A stretch of 64,000 nt of DNA from Candidatus Latescibacterota bacterium. GTDB lineage: Bacteria; Krumholzibacteriota; Krumholzibacteriia; WVZY01. The first letter of the stretch is position 1. Each line of letters begins with the position of its first letter. The stretch is from NCBI GenBank assembly GCA_963791045.1, contig CAWBQK010000009.1:192001-256000 (forward strand), written 5' to 3'. The translations under genes and the position numbers were made by a program. The notes beneath the pieces were generated by a model that had not been told where the DNA came from, ran no database searches, and worked only from the letters and a program-made list of their open reading frames with translations. Below, piece after piece: positions 53,919-64,000 of this stretch.

Positions 53919-55562
53919 ATGAATAAATCTCTTTCAATACTCGTTCTTCTTTTTGTCCTCGTGTATATGCTCCCCCTGGGTGCGCGGCTGTTTATTATCC
54001 CCGACGAAACCCGTTACGCTGAAATCCCGCGAGAAATGCTCGTGTCGGGAGACTGGATGTCTCCGCGTCTTGCGGGGGTCCGCTACTTCGAAAAACCCGT
54101 TCTCGGTTACTGGATGAACGCCGCGTCGATGGTGGTTTTGGGGGACAACCGATTCGCGGCGCGCCTGCCGTCCGTGTTGTCGGTTGGTCTGACGGCGCTT
54201 CTACTCCTCTTGTTCACAAGGCGTTTCACGGGCGACAGATTTGCCGGACCGCTCGCCGCGGCGGCGTTCCTGACGTGCCCGATGGTGTTTGCATTCGGAG
54301 TGTTCAATATTCTCGACAATGCGTTGACGTTGTACCTGACCGCCGCAATGGTGGCTTTCTTCTGTGCGCATACGGCCGACACGCGCCGTTCTCGATTAAT
54401 ATTCCTCGCCCTTTTTGGCGTGTCGTGCGCCGCCGCGTTTCTCACCAAGGGGTTTCTCGCATTTGCCATCCCCGTGGTTTCCATAATTCCCTTTATGTTG
54501 TGGGAGCGCCGATGGCGCGAATTCCTCACAATGCCGTGGATTCCGATCCTTGCCGTTCTCGTCGTCGCAGCGCCGTGGGCCATCGCGATCCATCTGCGCG
54601 AGCCGACGTACTGGCATTATTTCTTCTGGGTGGAGCACATCAGACGTTTTATGTCCGAAGGCGCGCAGCACCCGGAACCGTTTCATTTCTTTATCCCGCA
54701 CATCGCGTGGGGAATCCTCCCATGGCTCGCGCTCATTCCCGCCGCGGTCATGGGCTTCAATCGAGAGGACTTCAAGACGGCGCCGGTTCGGTTCGCCTTG
54801 TGCTGGTTTTTGTTTCCGTTTCTCTTCTTTTCGATGTCCGAGGGAAAAATCGCCACGTACATCCTGCCGTGTTTCCCGCCGCTCATTTTTCTCATCACGG
54901 TGGGGATCGTCGGATATATAGATAGCTGTCGGCGAAAAATGATCACCGCGGGGGTGTCCCTGCTCGCCTTATTGACCGGGGGCGCGGCGGTGGTCTTGCT
55001 TCTCAGCCAGTACACGGATTTCATGGGATTCAAGATTTACGAAGATCAGGAAGCGTCGAAGATTCTGATTCTCGGAGGTGGGATACTCGCGTGGGCGTTG
55101 ATCCTCCTGTCCGCACTCCGAGCCGGGACCACCCGGCGGGCGGTTGTGCTGTTTTGCGCCGCACCGGTGGTGGTGATGTTCGGCATGCACTTCATCTTCC
55201 CCATCGAGTTCGAAGGCAAAAAGATGCCGGGACGCTTTCTGGAGTCGAACGCCGGCCGGATCGGACCCCGGACGATCATCATCTCCGAAGGCGAACTTGC
55301 CGTCGCGGCATGCTACTACTACAAACGCGACGATGTTTATCTGTACAGGGGAAAGGGCGAACTCGCATGGGGGCTCGATTATGAAGACGCCGACGGACGC
55401 TTTCTGAGTGATGAAGATCTTCGCGAGCTCTTCGACACGTATCGCGGCGCAAGCCGGATCGTCCTCGTGGTCCGACGCGGCCACTACGAGGAGTACCGCG
55501 ACAAGTTCCCGCCTCCGGTCTACGAAGACACCTTCGGCCGCTTCACATTCGTAGAGTTCTAA
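53919..55562 (+). CDS. arnT: Lipid A 4-amino-4-deoxy-L-arabinose transferase
   Basis: 'PDETRYAEIPREML', 'RYFEKP', 'FLTKGF', 'WHYFFWVEHIRRF'. Confidence 0.92.
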   Translation: MNKSLSILVLLFVLVYMLPLGARLFIIPDETRYAEIPREMLVSGDWMSPRLAGVRYFEKPVLGYWMNAASMVVLGDNRFAARLPSVLSVGLTALLLLLFTRRFTGDRFAGPLAAAAFLTCPMVFAFGVFNILDNALTLYLTAAMVAFFCAHTADTRRSRLIFLALFGVSCAAAFLTKGFLAFAIPVVSIIPFMLWERRWREFLTMPWIPILAVLVVAAPWAIAIHLREPTYWHYFFWVEHIRRFMSEGAQHPEPFHFFIPHIAWGILPWLALIPAAVMGFNREDFKTAPVRFALCWFLFPFLFFSMSEGKIATYILPCFPPLIFLITVGIVGYIDSCRRKMITAGVSLLALLTGGAAVVLLLSQYTDFMGFKIYEDQEASKILILGGGILAWALILLSALRAGTTRRAVVLFCAAPVVVMFGMHFIFPIEFEGKKMPGRFLESNAGRIGPRTIIISEGELAVAACYYYKRDDVYLYRGKGELAWGLDYEDADGRFLSDEDLRELFDTYRGASRIVLVVRRGHYEEYRDKFPPPVYEDTFGRFTFVEF

Positions 55563-55605
55563 ACCGGCTGACGCGCTGATGACCCGGTACGGGTCCTGTC
55601 GCCGA

Positions 55606-57432
55606 TTATTCCGCGTCGATCACGTCTTCGAGTGTGTCCGCCGTGGCTGCGTTGACGAGCCACTTCTCAAGCGTGGCCGGCGTCTCGGTCTCGAGTATCT
55701 TCGTCCGGGCCGCGGCGTCCACGGCGATTCCCCGTGCGTCGAGCAGCGAGAGCAGGCTCTCGGCCGTCTTCTTCGCTTTTTCTTTCGTGGCGGCCTCCGC
55801 GGCGCGTTCGCCCGAAAGCTGGTGGACCTTCAACTGATCGCCGGTCGCGGCGGCGACCTTTTCATACCACTCTTTCGGATAGCCCGGGTGCGTGACCTCT
55901 CCGTGCTCATCCTTCACATTCCCGTCGAGATACTTATAGAGAAGGAATTTTCCAAGTTCCCGCCACCGCTCAACCACGGCATCGCCCGTCCGCGTGCTGT
56001 AATCGGTCAGATAATCGCACGCGAGCTGCGGCGACTTTTCGTGGAGCGCCAGGGCGGCGGAGTCGATTCCCCGAACCTCGGCGATAAACTTGTTTTCCAG
56101 CTCGCTCTGAACAAGCTGGACGTCTTTTATCATGTCGCTGTACCGGAGATACGTAAAGTTCGACACATAATTGAAAACCCAAAAAGCCGATTCCCACGTG
56201 ACATGGTCGAAGTCGCCCGTCCCCACTGCATAGCTCTTCGGCACGTCCGTCGAACCGCAGTACATAGGGAAATAGACCGTGCTGTACGCGTCATCGACAC
56301 TGAACCAAAAAATCCCGCCGATCGGATCGGGGAGCCACGAACGCGCCTGCGCGACAAACGAAAAACCCGTTTGCTGTGTTGACGTCGCACGTTCGTTGAG
56401 GAAGCTGCCGTCCCCCGCCTTCCACGTCAGCGGCCGCCAGCGGTACGGAAGTTCAAACGGACCGGCGCCGATGTCCTGCGTCATATCGAGCGGCGTTCCC
56501 TCGAAGTGGTCCCTCATGAACGACATGATGTCGGCGACGGTGAGTTTGCGGTCTGGCTTGATCCACAGCGGGATCGGCTCGGCATCCTCTTCCACACCGA
56601 GCGACCAATTGATGGGAAGCTCAAGCGACGGAGCGGCGCGGTTGAACATGCACCACACACGCGCATCGCAAAAACGCCGGGACCCAAAACGCGGCGGGTT
56701 GTATACCTCGGCGAAATTGAAATCCTCGTCGCTGCCTTCGTAGAATCCCATGTCGCGCGCAAACGAGATAACGTCCGGAGCATAAAGCGTGTTTTTGTCC
56801 TTTTTGGGAAACTGCGTGATCCGCGCGGCATTGGCGTGAGCTGCAATGTACCCATCGGGCACCCGGCGCGCGACCCAAACGGCGCCCTTGTTTCCGGGTC
56901 CCTTACCGATCATGTCCATGATCCACACTTCGTTGGCATCAGCGACTGAGAAGGTCTCACCCGAGCTGTAGTACCCGTACTCCGCAACGAGTTTTCCCAT
57001 GATCTCGACGGCCTCGCGGGCCGTCTTTGCGCGTTGGAGTGTGATGTACATCAGGCTGCCGTAATCGACGATCGCGTCGGGGTCGTGCAGCTCGTGCCGC
57101 CCGCCCCACGTGGTTTCACCGATCGAGACCTGGTGCTCGTTCATGTTTCCGACAACGGTATACGTCTCCTCCACCTGGGCGATCTGTCCGAGATGAGTAC
57201 CCGTATCCCACTCGTAGACGTCGAGCATCGCCCCAGGGGGGTGAATCCGCGCGGGCGTATAATAAAGCTCACCGTAGAGCACATGCGAGTCGGCCGCATA
57301 CGTGATCATGGTTGATCCGTCGGCGCTTGCGCCTTTCGTTATCAAAAAGTTGGTGCACGCCAGAACCGCCGGCGCGGCGGCGACGAGCGCCGCTACAAAG
57401 ATGGCTGTGAAAGCAATAACGGCCTTTTTCAT
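55606..57432 (-). CDS. C69 family dipeptidase (secreted) with an unusual C-terminal helical tail
   Basis: Signal peptide then nucleophile 'ACTNFLIT'; 'MNEHQVSIGETTWGG'; 'RDHFEGT'. Confidence 0.9.
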   Translation of the reverse strand: MKKAVIAFTAIFVAALVAAAPAVLACTNFLITKGASADGSTMITYAADSHVLYGELYYTPARIHPPGAMLDVYEWDTGTHLGQIAQVEETYTVVGNMNEHQVSIGETTWGGRHELHDPDAIVDYGSLMYITLQRAKTAREAVEIMGKLVAEYGYYSSGETFSVADANEVWIMDMIGKGPGNKGAVWVARRVPDGYIAAHANAARITQFPKKDKNTLYAPDVISFARDMGFYEGSDEDFNFAEVYNPPRFGSRRFCDARVWCMFNRAAPSLELPINWSLGVEEDAEPIPLWIKPDRKLTVADIMSFMRDHFEGTPLDMTQDIGAGPFELPYRWRPLTWKAGDGSFLNERATSTQQTGFSFVAQARSWLPDPIGGIFWFSVDDAYSTVYFPMYCGSTDVPKSYAVGTGDFDHVTWESAFWVFNYVSNFTYLRYSDMIKDVQLVQSELENKFIAEVRGIDSAALALHEKSPQLACDYLTDYSTRTGDAVVERWRELGKFLLYKYLDGNVKDEHGEVTHPGYPKEWYEKVAAATGDQLKVHQLSGERAAEAATKEKAKKTAESLLSLLDARGIAVDAAARTKILETETPATLEKWLVNAATADTLEDVIDAE

Positions 57433-57742
57433 AATAGCTGCAAAACTCCCGCGTGTGCGCGCCGGCTGCCGCCGCCGCGTCGTGACAGAACACCCTGTTT
57501 CAAATATGGTTTTGTGTGTGGCTGACGATTCTACAGTCAAAACACCCGATTTTCCAGCGCGAATCATTCTCACCATCGGTTCGGTCTTTGGCCTGCCCGC
57601 TGGAGCGCAATCGTGAGCGCCTGCCACTATTGAAGTTAACTTTGAATCCCAAGCACGGATATGATACACTTATATAAGGAGTGCAGCTCAGGCAACCGCA
57701 GCGGATCTGTATTCTACATTTGTCAAACCCGGGGGGGGCGTC

Positions 57743-60700
57743 ATGACGCGCAAACGGATCGGACTGCTCGTACTGGTCGGTTCTCTGCTTCTTCTCCTTG
57801 TTGTTCCTCTATCACACGCAATCACAAACTCATACTTTGAAGATTTCACCACGACGGCCAAAAAAGATGGCGACTTCACCGACGCGTGGTGGGACACGGC
57901 GACCGGCAAACTCAAATTGAGGTCTTTCAACTCGTCGCTCGTCGGGTACTACATTACGTCGGAAAATGCGCTGGGCATCGACGTCGATGGGGATTACGCC
58001 TATGTCGCCGCGGGGAGTGAAGGGCTCATCGTGTTCGATATCACCACGAATACTCCTGGGCCGGGATACATCGGCGCGTACGACACGCCGGGGTCGGCCT
58101 GGGGCGTGAAAGCGGATGGAGACCTGGTTTACGTGGCGGATCTCAATACGGGGCTCATGGTAATCGATGTGACCGACCCGTCGACGCCGACACTGTACGG
58201 CAGCTACGACACGCCGGGATGGGCGCGCGACGTCGTTCTCGACGGCAAGTACGCATACGTCGCCGATGGAACCGACGGTGGAATCCAGGTTATCGACGTG
58301 AGCGACCCGTCGACGCCGGTCGGGATGGGAAGCTATAACACACCGGGGGAAGCGATCAGTGTCGACGTCAAAGGCCATTACGCGTACATCGCCGACCGCG
58401 GCTCGGGTCTTGTCGTGGTGGATATCGCGAACAAATCATGGCCGATACTTGCTGATTTCTATGATACGACCGGCGACTGCTGGGGCGTCGCCGTGTCCGG
58501 TGACTACGCATTCACTGGCAACGCGTTGCAGGGAATCCGCGTCTTCGACATCAGCAATCCACTCGACATCGGATATGTCACGACAATCACCCCGGCGGGA
58601 TCCCACCGGCGGTTGTCCGTCCAGGGGGATTACCTTTACGCCGCCGCGTACGGACAGCTCTACACTATTGATATCAACGACCCGTCCCTCCCCGTTGTCG
58701 TCGGCTCGTACACGTCCATGTATATCGCGACGACCGCTGTCGTCGACGGAGAACACGCATACGTGGCGGATGGGTCCGGGGGACTGAGGGTCCTCGATGT
58801 AAACGAATCGTTTCCGCCCTTCCGTATCGCGGAGCGAGCATCGACGGGCAGTTGCGAAGCGGTTCATGCCGAGGGCGACCTGTTGTACATGGTTCAATCA
58901 AGCGGCGCCACGCCGTTCAAGGTATTTGATATTCGCTTTCCCGACGGCCCCACTGAGATCGGGAGTTGTGATGTGGGCGGGTACGATTTGTTCGTGGCAG
59001 GCGACCTCGCTTACACAGCGGATGGGTCGTCCGGCCTCCAGATTGTAGACATTTCAGATCCTGTCAACCCGGTCGCGATCGGAAATTACAATACATCCGA
59101 CAACGCCACAGGCGTAGCCGTTCATGGGAATTATGCGTATGTCGCTGAAAACTTCGCGGGACTCCGGGTGATCGATGTTTCGGATCCGATGAATCCAAGC
59201 GTGGTCGGTACCTACAACACGCCTGACCGCGCAACTGACGTCGTGGTCAAAGGAAATCTCGCGTACGTCGCCGATGGGAGCAGCGGCCTCCAGATCATTG
59301 ACATATCGACACCGTCCAGCCCGACGCTGGTCGGATCGTACGATACGCCTGGGTTCGCGGTCGAACTCGCCGTCGCCGGAAACCTCGTGCTTGTCGCCGA
59401 CTCTGACGATGGACTGGCCGTCATCAAGGTATTGAATCCATCGGTTCCTCAACATCTTGCACAGATGTCCACGCCCGCGTGGGCGGTCTCGGTGGTAATT
59501 TCCGGCAACTACGCGTTTGTCGGAACTGGGGCGAGTGTTCAGCGGGTGGATATCCAAAACCCATCTTTTCCGACGCCTGTTGACGACGCGCCGGTCGATG
59601 ACTATGCGCGCGGACTGTGCGTATTCGGAGATTATATTTTTGTTGCGGACGCGGACGACGGACTCAAAACGTTCCGTGCTTTCCACCACAAATTCACAAA
59701 TGCCAACAGCGCCCGGTCGTACCCGGTCAACGATACGGACGATACAATCGTCCGTGCGCGGCTGACCACGACAGAGATCGAAATCATCGACTGGGAGTTG
59801 TCCTCCGACGGCGGCGGTCACTTCGAGTCGGCAGACCCCGGGGAATGGGTACGTTTTTCGTCGCCGGGCGCAAGCCTCGCCTGGCGCTCGACGCTCTTCC
59901 CGAAAGGCATGGGAACCCCCTATTGTTCGGAACTCACCCTCGATTGGCTCTACGAATTCCCCGCGATCGAGTACGTCGAAGACGTGCCCGATGATGAGGG
60001 AGGGACGGTCAAACTGAAATTTGCGCCATCGGGTTACGATTTTGCCGACGAAACCGAACACCCAATCGATGAGTACATCGTGTGGCGGCGAGTGTTGGAA
60101 ACAAGCACGGGGATCGAAACTTCATCGGCAAAAGAAAACCCCGCGTTCTTCGCGGAAATGCCGCCGGGAACCTGGGAAGAACAAATTACAATCACGGCCT
60201 CCAACGCCGCGGGACACATCTCGTATCTGAACACGGCGGTTGATCTCGGCGCCCCCGGCGCCGCCCCATCGGTCTTTGTCGTGTCCGCCCACACCGCGGA
60301 ACCTTCGACGTGGTGGGTAAGTCCGCCGGAGAGCGCGTATTCCGTCGACAATATCGCCCCGGCCGCTCCAACCAATTTCTCGGTAACGTACAACACACCC
60401 AAAGGCAACCACCTTCACTTCAGCCGGAGCGTGTCGCCAGACGTCCATTACCATGCGGTCTACCGTGGCGAGACCGAGGATTTCTCGATCGACGGACTCA
60501 CTCCCGTGACCAAACGAGGAGGCACGAACTGGGACGACCCGATCCTGGAAGGTTGGCGGTACCATTACAAAATCACCGCCGTCGACATTGCGGGCAACGA
60601 GAGCGACGCCGTCATGCCGGGGACCGTATCGGGAATCGACACTCCGGTTAACCCTGAGCATTTCGCTCTCCACGCCAACACGCCGAATCCGTTCAACCCG

Positions 60701-60937
60701 TCAACGGTCATCCACTATGATGTTCCCGCCGGCGGCGGACACGTGACAATCAAGGTGTATGACGTGACCGGACGATTTGTGCGATCGCTCGTCGCCGAGC
60801 ATCGCCCGGCGGGCACACACGAAATCGAGTGGGATGGAAACGACGGCAGCGGCGTAATGACATCAAGCGGTGTTTATTTTTGTCGTCTCGAAGCACGCGG
60901 AATCGTCCAGACGAGACGCATGGTTCTCTTAAAATAG
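57743..60937 (+). CDS. Secreted LVIVD-repeat protein with FN3-like and FlgD-Ig/T9SS-like C-terminal domains
   Basis: Many 'YAYVADG..GL.VIDVS.P..P..GSYDTPG' repeats; 'NTPNPFNPSTVI...TRRMVLLK'. Confidence 0.88.
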   Translation: MTRKRIGLLVLVGSLLLLLVVPLSHAITNSYFEDFTTTAKKDGDFTDAWWDTATGKLKLRSFNSSLVGYYITSENALGIDVDGDYAYVAAGSEGLIVFDITTNTPGPGYIGAYDTPGSAWGVKADGDLVYVADLNTGLMVIDVTDPSTPTLYGSYDTPGWARDVVLDGKYAYVADGTDGGIQVIDVSDPSTPVGMGSYNTPGEAISVDVKGHYAYIADRGSGLVVVDIANKSWPILADFYDTTGDCWGVAVSGDYAFTGNALQGIRVFDISNPLDIGYVTTITPAGSHRRLSVQGDYLYAAAYGQLYTIDINDPSLPVVVGSYTSMYIATTAVVDGEHAYVADGSGGLRVLDVNESFPPFRIAERASTGSCEAVHAEGDLLYMVQSSGATPFKVFDIRFPDGPTEIGSCDVGGYDLFVAGDLAYTADGSSGLQIVDISDPVNPVAIGNYNTSDNATGVAVHGNYAYVAENFAGLRVIDVSDPMNPSVVGTYNTPDRATDVVVKGNLAYVADGSSGLQIIDISTPSSPTLVGSYDTPGFAVELAVAGNLVLVADSDDGLAVIKVLNPSVPQHLAQMSTPAWAVSVVISGNYAFVGTGASVQRVDIQNPSFPTPVDDAPVDDYARGLCVFGDYIFVADADDGLKTFRAFHHKFTNANSARSYPVNDTDDTIVRARLTTTEIEIIDWELSSDGGGHFESADPGEWVRFSSPGASLAWRSTLFPKGMGTPYCSELTLDWLYEFPAIEYVEDVPDDEGGTVKLKFAPSGYDFADETEHPIDEYIVWRRVLETSTGIETSSAKENPAFFAEMPPGTWEEQITITASNAAGHISYLNTAVDLGAPGAAPSVFVVSAHTAEPSTWWVSPPESAYSVDNIAPAAPTNFSVTYNTPKGNHLHFSRSVSPDVHYHAVYRGETEDFSIDGLTPVTKRGGTNWDDPILEGWRYHYKITAVDIAGNESDAVMPGTVSGIDTPVNPEHFALHANTPNPFNPSTVIHYDVPAGGGHVTIKVYDVTGRFVRSLVAEHRPAGTHEIEWDGNDGSGVMTSSGVYFCRLEARGIVQTRRMVLLK

Positions 60938-61145
60938 CGAATCGGCGGTAAACAATACCGCGCTCGACTCCTCCCCTTGCGAGCCCAGGGCTTGCTTGCT
61001 ATCAAACGGCCATTGTTTGACACGACGATCGAATCGGTGTTAGATTCACTCGATCTTGTAAACTCTATTACTATCAAATGCTTCCGCCTGCGCCGCTCCA
61101 TTCGAACCACCAATGGAGACTGGCGACGGGTTTTGAAAGCACAAA

Positions 61146-63667
61146 ATGGACGCCGATTACTCCATAGAAATCCAAAACCGTCTCGCGGGCGAAGTCCGAA
61201 AGGCCGAACTTCACCGCCCGCCGCGGGTGAGCAAATACGAACCCGGAACGGAACTCGTCTACGACGTCACGGCGCTCGATACGGGGCTAACCGGCCGCGC
61301 GCGGCTCGTCATCGAAAAGTTTGTCGGCGGCGGATTCGCCGGGCAGGTGTACCGGGTAAAGGTCCTGGCTATCGAGGCGAACGGTGGGACGGTCGGGGCG
61401 CCCCTCGGCGGACTCGAAATCGGCGCCGTCTACGCGATGAAGATCCTCATTCCGCCTTCCGGGTTTTCGCGCATCTTCCGCAATGTTCTCTACCGGATCG
61501 GCTTCCAGGGACCATTCCAGCTCCAGGTAAACCCCACGGCCGCGCGCGCCGGCGCACTGTGGCAGAAGTTCATCCGCCGCGCCGCCTCGCGCCGTTTCGG
61601 CGACGACGGATCGGTCAACGACATCCACGCGACCTTTGTCGATCACACCATGGGAAGCTGCGGCGAATTGAGCGACTGGGTCGACGGGAGGACATGGCGC
61701 CTCGAAGTCGATGACCGTCTCGATCTGCTTCGAAAATGGCTGCAGGCGAAAACCGGTAGACGAAGCGGCCGTCGGCTCGCCCGAATTCCGCGCCAAACGA
61801 GTGTTCATGCGCACCTTTGTCGACCTCCTCCACGAGATGGGCGGACACGAGTTCGCCCGCCAGTACGAGTGGACGACATGGAAGAGCCAGCCAAACTGCC
61901 TGAAGAGAAACGACGCCGACGACAACCCGGCGGAAGGGCTCGTCGCCGTCGATTTCCGCGCGGGACTCGCACTGCTGCCGTTCCTTCCGATGAGCCCCGG
62001 TGATTTCAAACTCATATTCCAGGGAATCGGCCGCGGGAGCCTCGTCCAGTTCGACCGCGGCGATACGGCCAGGCTCGAACGGTATGTCGACGCGCACGCG
62101 GAAGATTTCAAAGACATGCGAGCGATGCTCGATGAGCTCAAAAAGGACGAAGAGGTATACAGAAACTCGATCCCCGACATCACGCACAACCACGTTCGTC
62201 TTCTTTACAGCCGGACGTTGTGGTCGACTATTTTTTCGAGCGCCGTCACCGGCTGGGCCGTCACGAATCTCGTCGGCAAAAACGCAGAGGCGCGGCTGCG
62301 CAAGAGCGGCCTGCTCACATTTCTCTTTGGTCTCATTGGAATCATCCCGTTTCTTGGGAACGTTCATCCGGCGAATATGGGGCCAGGACTACTGGCGAAA
62401 GCACTACGCGGCCTTGTTTTCGAGCCCCGCTTACTTCAGACGGGCCGTCCGCGCGAGGCTGCTTGAAAAAACTATGGGCTGGCACAGGGCGGGGAGACTG
62501 AGCGACGGAAATGCGGACAGGGCCTCGCGCGGCTTATGGCGGATCGGGTTACAACTTCCGTTCTCGATACTCCCCGCTCGGCTTCATCGATTTCTTACCG
62601 ATGGGGAATATGCGAGGGATCGACTCGGCTATTATCTTCTTCGACCGGTCCGGTTGTATTTTAAAGCGGATCTCCGCGAACAGTGGCTCCGCGACATGGT
62701 CACCGACGGCAAGAAGGAACACCTTCTTAGCAACGACGATGCCAATGTGATCCTTTCGCGGATCGACGAACCGTTTATTCAAAAATATCTCAAGAGCCTC
62801 GCCGTTCATGTGTGCACGCTCCCCGTCACACAGATCGTCTCGGTTCTCATCGCCGTCATCTATGTGCTGACGCACCCCGACATGCCGCGGGCCCAGGCGT
62901 ACAGTATCGGTGTGGGGATCATCGCACTCTTCCAGGTTGTCCCAATCTCGCCGGGATCGCTGGCGCGCGGTCTTTACGTGGTGTATCTCGTCATTCGCGA
63001 GAGGAATTTCAAGGATTACAATATTGCCGTCTTTCTCTCGTTCTTCAAATATGTGGGGTACCTCGCGTTTCCGATCCAGATGGCGTATCGCTACCCCACA
63101 CTGGCCCGTTTTATGGCGGCGCACTGGGCGACGGGTGCCGTCCACACGGTTCCTGTGTTTGGCGAGCGGGGCGCCCTCCTCGAACACTGGGTATTCAGCG
63201 CCTTCTACAACTGGCCGCTCACGATCCGGCGCCGAATGAGACGCCGGGCCGAACTGCGCGCGACACTGACGCCGCGATTCTGGCACGTGGTGCCAATCGG
63301 GATTTTGGGCGCGGGCCTGTTTGGGCTTGCCGATTATCTTTATCTCAACCAGGCCGGCACCATTCCCGCACTCAAGCAGGTTTGGTGGCTGGTGATAGTC
63401 GTCCCATTCGTCTGCGGATCACTGGTCACATTCGGGGCCGGCGGGGCGTCACTCACCCGGCGCGTGGGCGCCGCCGCCGTATGCGGGAGCCTGATTGGGA
63501 TTCTCTCCCTCCTCCCGCCGACGCTTCTCGGCGCAAATACACTCACCGGGGCGGGCGACCTGATTTCAAATGGTCTGTGGCGGGTCTTTCTTTTTGGACT
63601 CGTATCGACAGTCGGAGTTCTCCTCACAGAGCTGAGACTCCCCGAACCGGCGGATCCGGGGCGTTAA
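61146..63667 (+). CDS. Large hypothetical membrane protein with an N-terminal protein-kinase-like fold (two frameshifts)
   Basis: 'VGGGFAGQVYRV', 'YAMK', 'KSQPNCL', 'AVDFRAG'; C-terminal TM helices; three overlapping ORFs. Confidence 0.6.
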
Positions 63668-63802
63668 ACGGCGGCACCCGCTCCGCTTTCGCCTATTGCG
63701 CCGGGCAACCCGACGTAGTATCTTCTCGCATGGGTTCGCGTGTCGGATGCGAGCCCCATTTTATGCCCACAATCGATCATGTGCCCGAACAAGGACCCCC
63801 GA

Positions 63803-64000
63803 ATGCCGAATCAAAGACGAAGAAAAGACGTCCGCAATGTAGCCATCATCGCCCATGTCGACCACGGCAAAACCACACTCGTCGACGCGCTGCTCAAGCA
63901 AACGGGCGCATATGATTTTCGCGATGGCGAAACCACAATCATGGATTCCAATCCCCTCGAAAGAGAACGTGGGATTACCATTTTCTCGAAGAATGCGTCC
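63803..64000 (+). CDS. typA: Translational GTPase TypA/BipA (3' partial)
   Basis: '[23 protein letters not shown]...[18 protein letters not shown]'. Confidence 0.93.
   Translation, partial: MPNQRRRKDVRNVAIIAHVDHGKTTLVDALLKQTGAYDFRDGETTIMDSNPLERERGITIFSKNAS

Noticed and set aside
59054-60061. Long antisense ORFs (also 46697..47581, 19550..20470, 22492..23400 and others)
   Set aside because: Shadow ORFs of GC-rich genes with no recognisable motifs
46718-60937. Periodic repeats as CRISPR arrays
   Set aside because: They are degenerate in-frame protein repeats (propeller and LVIVD), and no cas genes are present
842-63667. Programmed frameshifting or genuine pseudogenes in the split ORFs
   Set aside because: Indels hit many unrelated genes including purF and speE, with no premature in-frame stops noticed; sequencing error is more parsimonious

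Overview
A 64-kb, GC-rich bacterial chromosomal segment. The FlgD-Ig/T9SS-like C-terminal domains and 'TWGAIKxLY' tails suggest an FCB-related candidate lineage such as Krumholzibacteria/Latescibacteria; this is inference. Many genes are broken by single-base indels, which looks like an unpolished long-read consensus, so split ORFs were merged. Contents in order: HNH protein; HEGDWEH-domain/beta-barrel protein; a nitrosative-stress-type module (octaheme Hao-family cytochrome, Rrf2 regulator with two palindromic operators, NapH/YccM-like Fe-S membrane protein, DUF438-hemerythrin-PAS protein); purF; pirin; ECF sigma/anti-sigma/PDZ; DUF1848; RND efflux system with an extended TolC; eukaryote-type AdoMetDC plus speE; MFSD1-like MFS; FN3 lipoprotein; S9 peptidase; PAS-AraC divergent from a glycyl-radical activase and HypD; two tandem beta-helix paralogues; a stand-alone second copy of the HypD glycyl-radical domain; cytochrome b-Rieske-multiheme/TPR operon; arnBCADT; C69 dipeptidase; two large secreted repeat proteins; a kinase-like membrane protein; and the 5' end of typA. 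The best candidate for an undescribed system is the orphan HypD C-terminal domain (37774-37961). Its boundary matches that of GrcA/YfiD, so it may be an O2-damage 'spare part' for HypD; alternatively it is the scar of an insertion into the 3' end of hypD. No rRNA, tRNA, CRISPR array, integrase or transposase was recognised.
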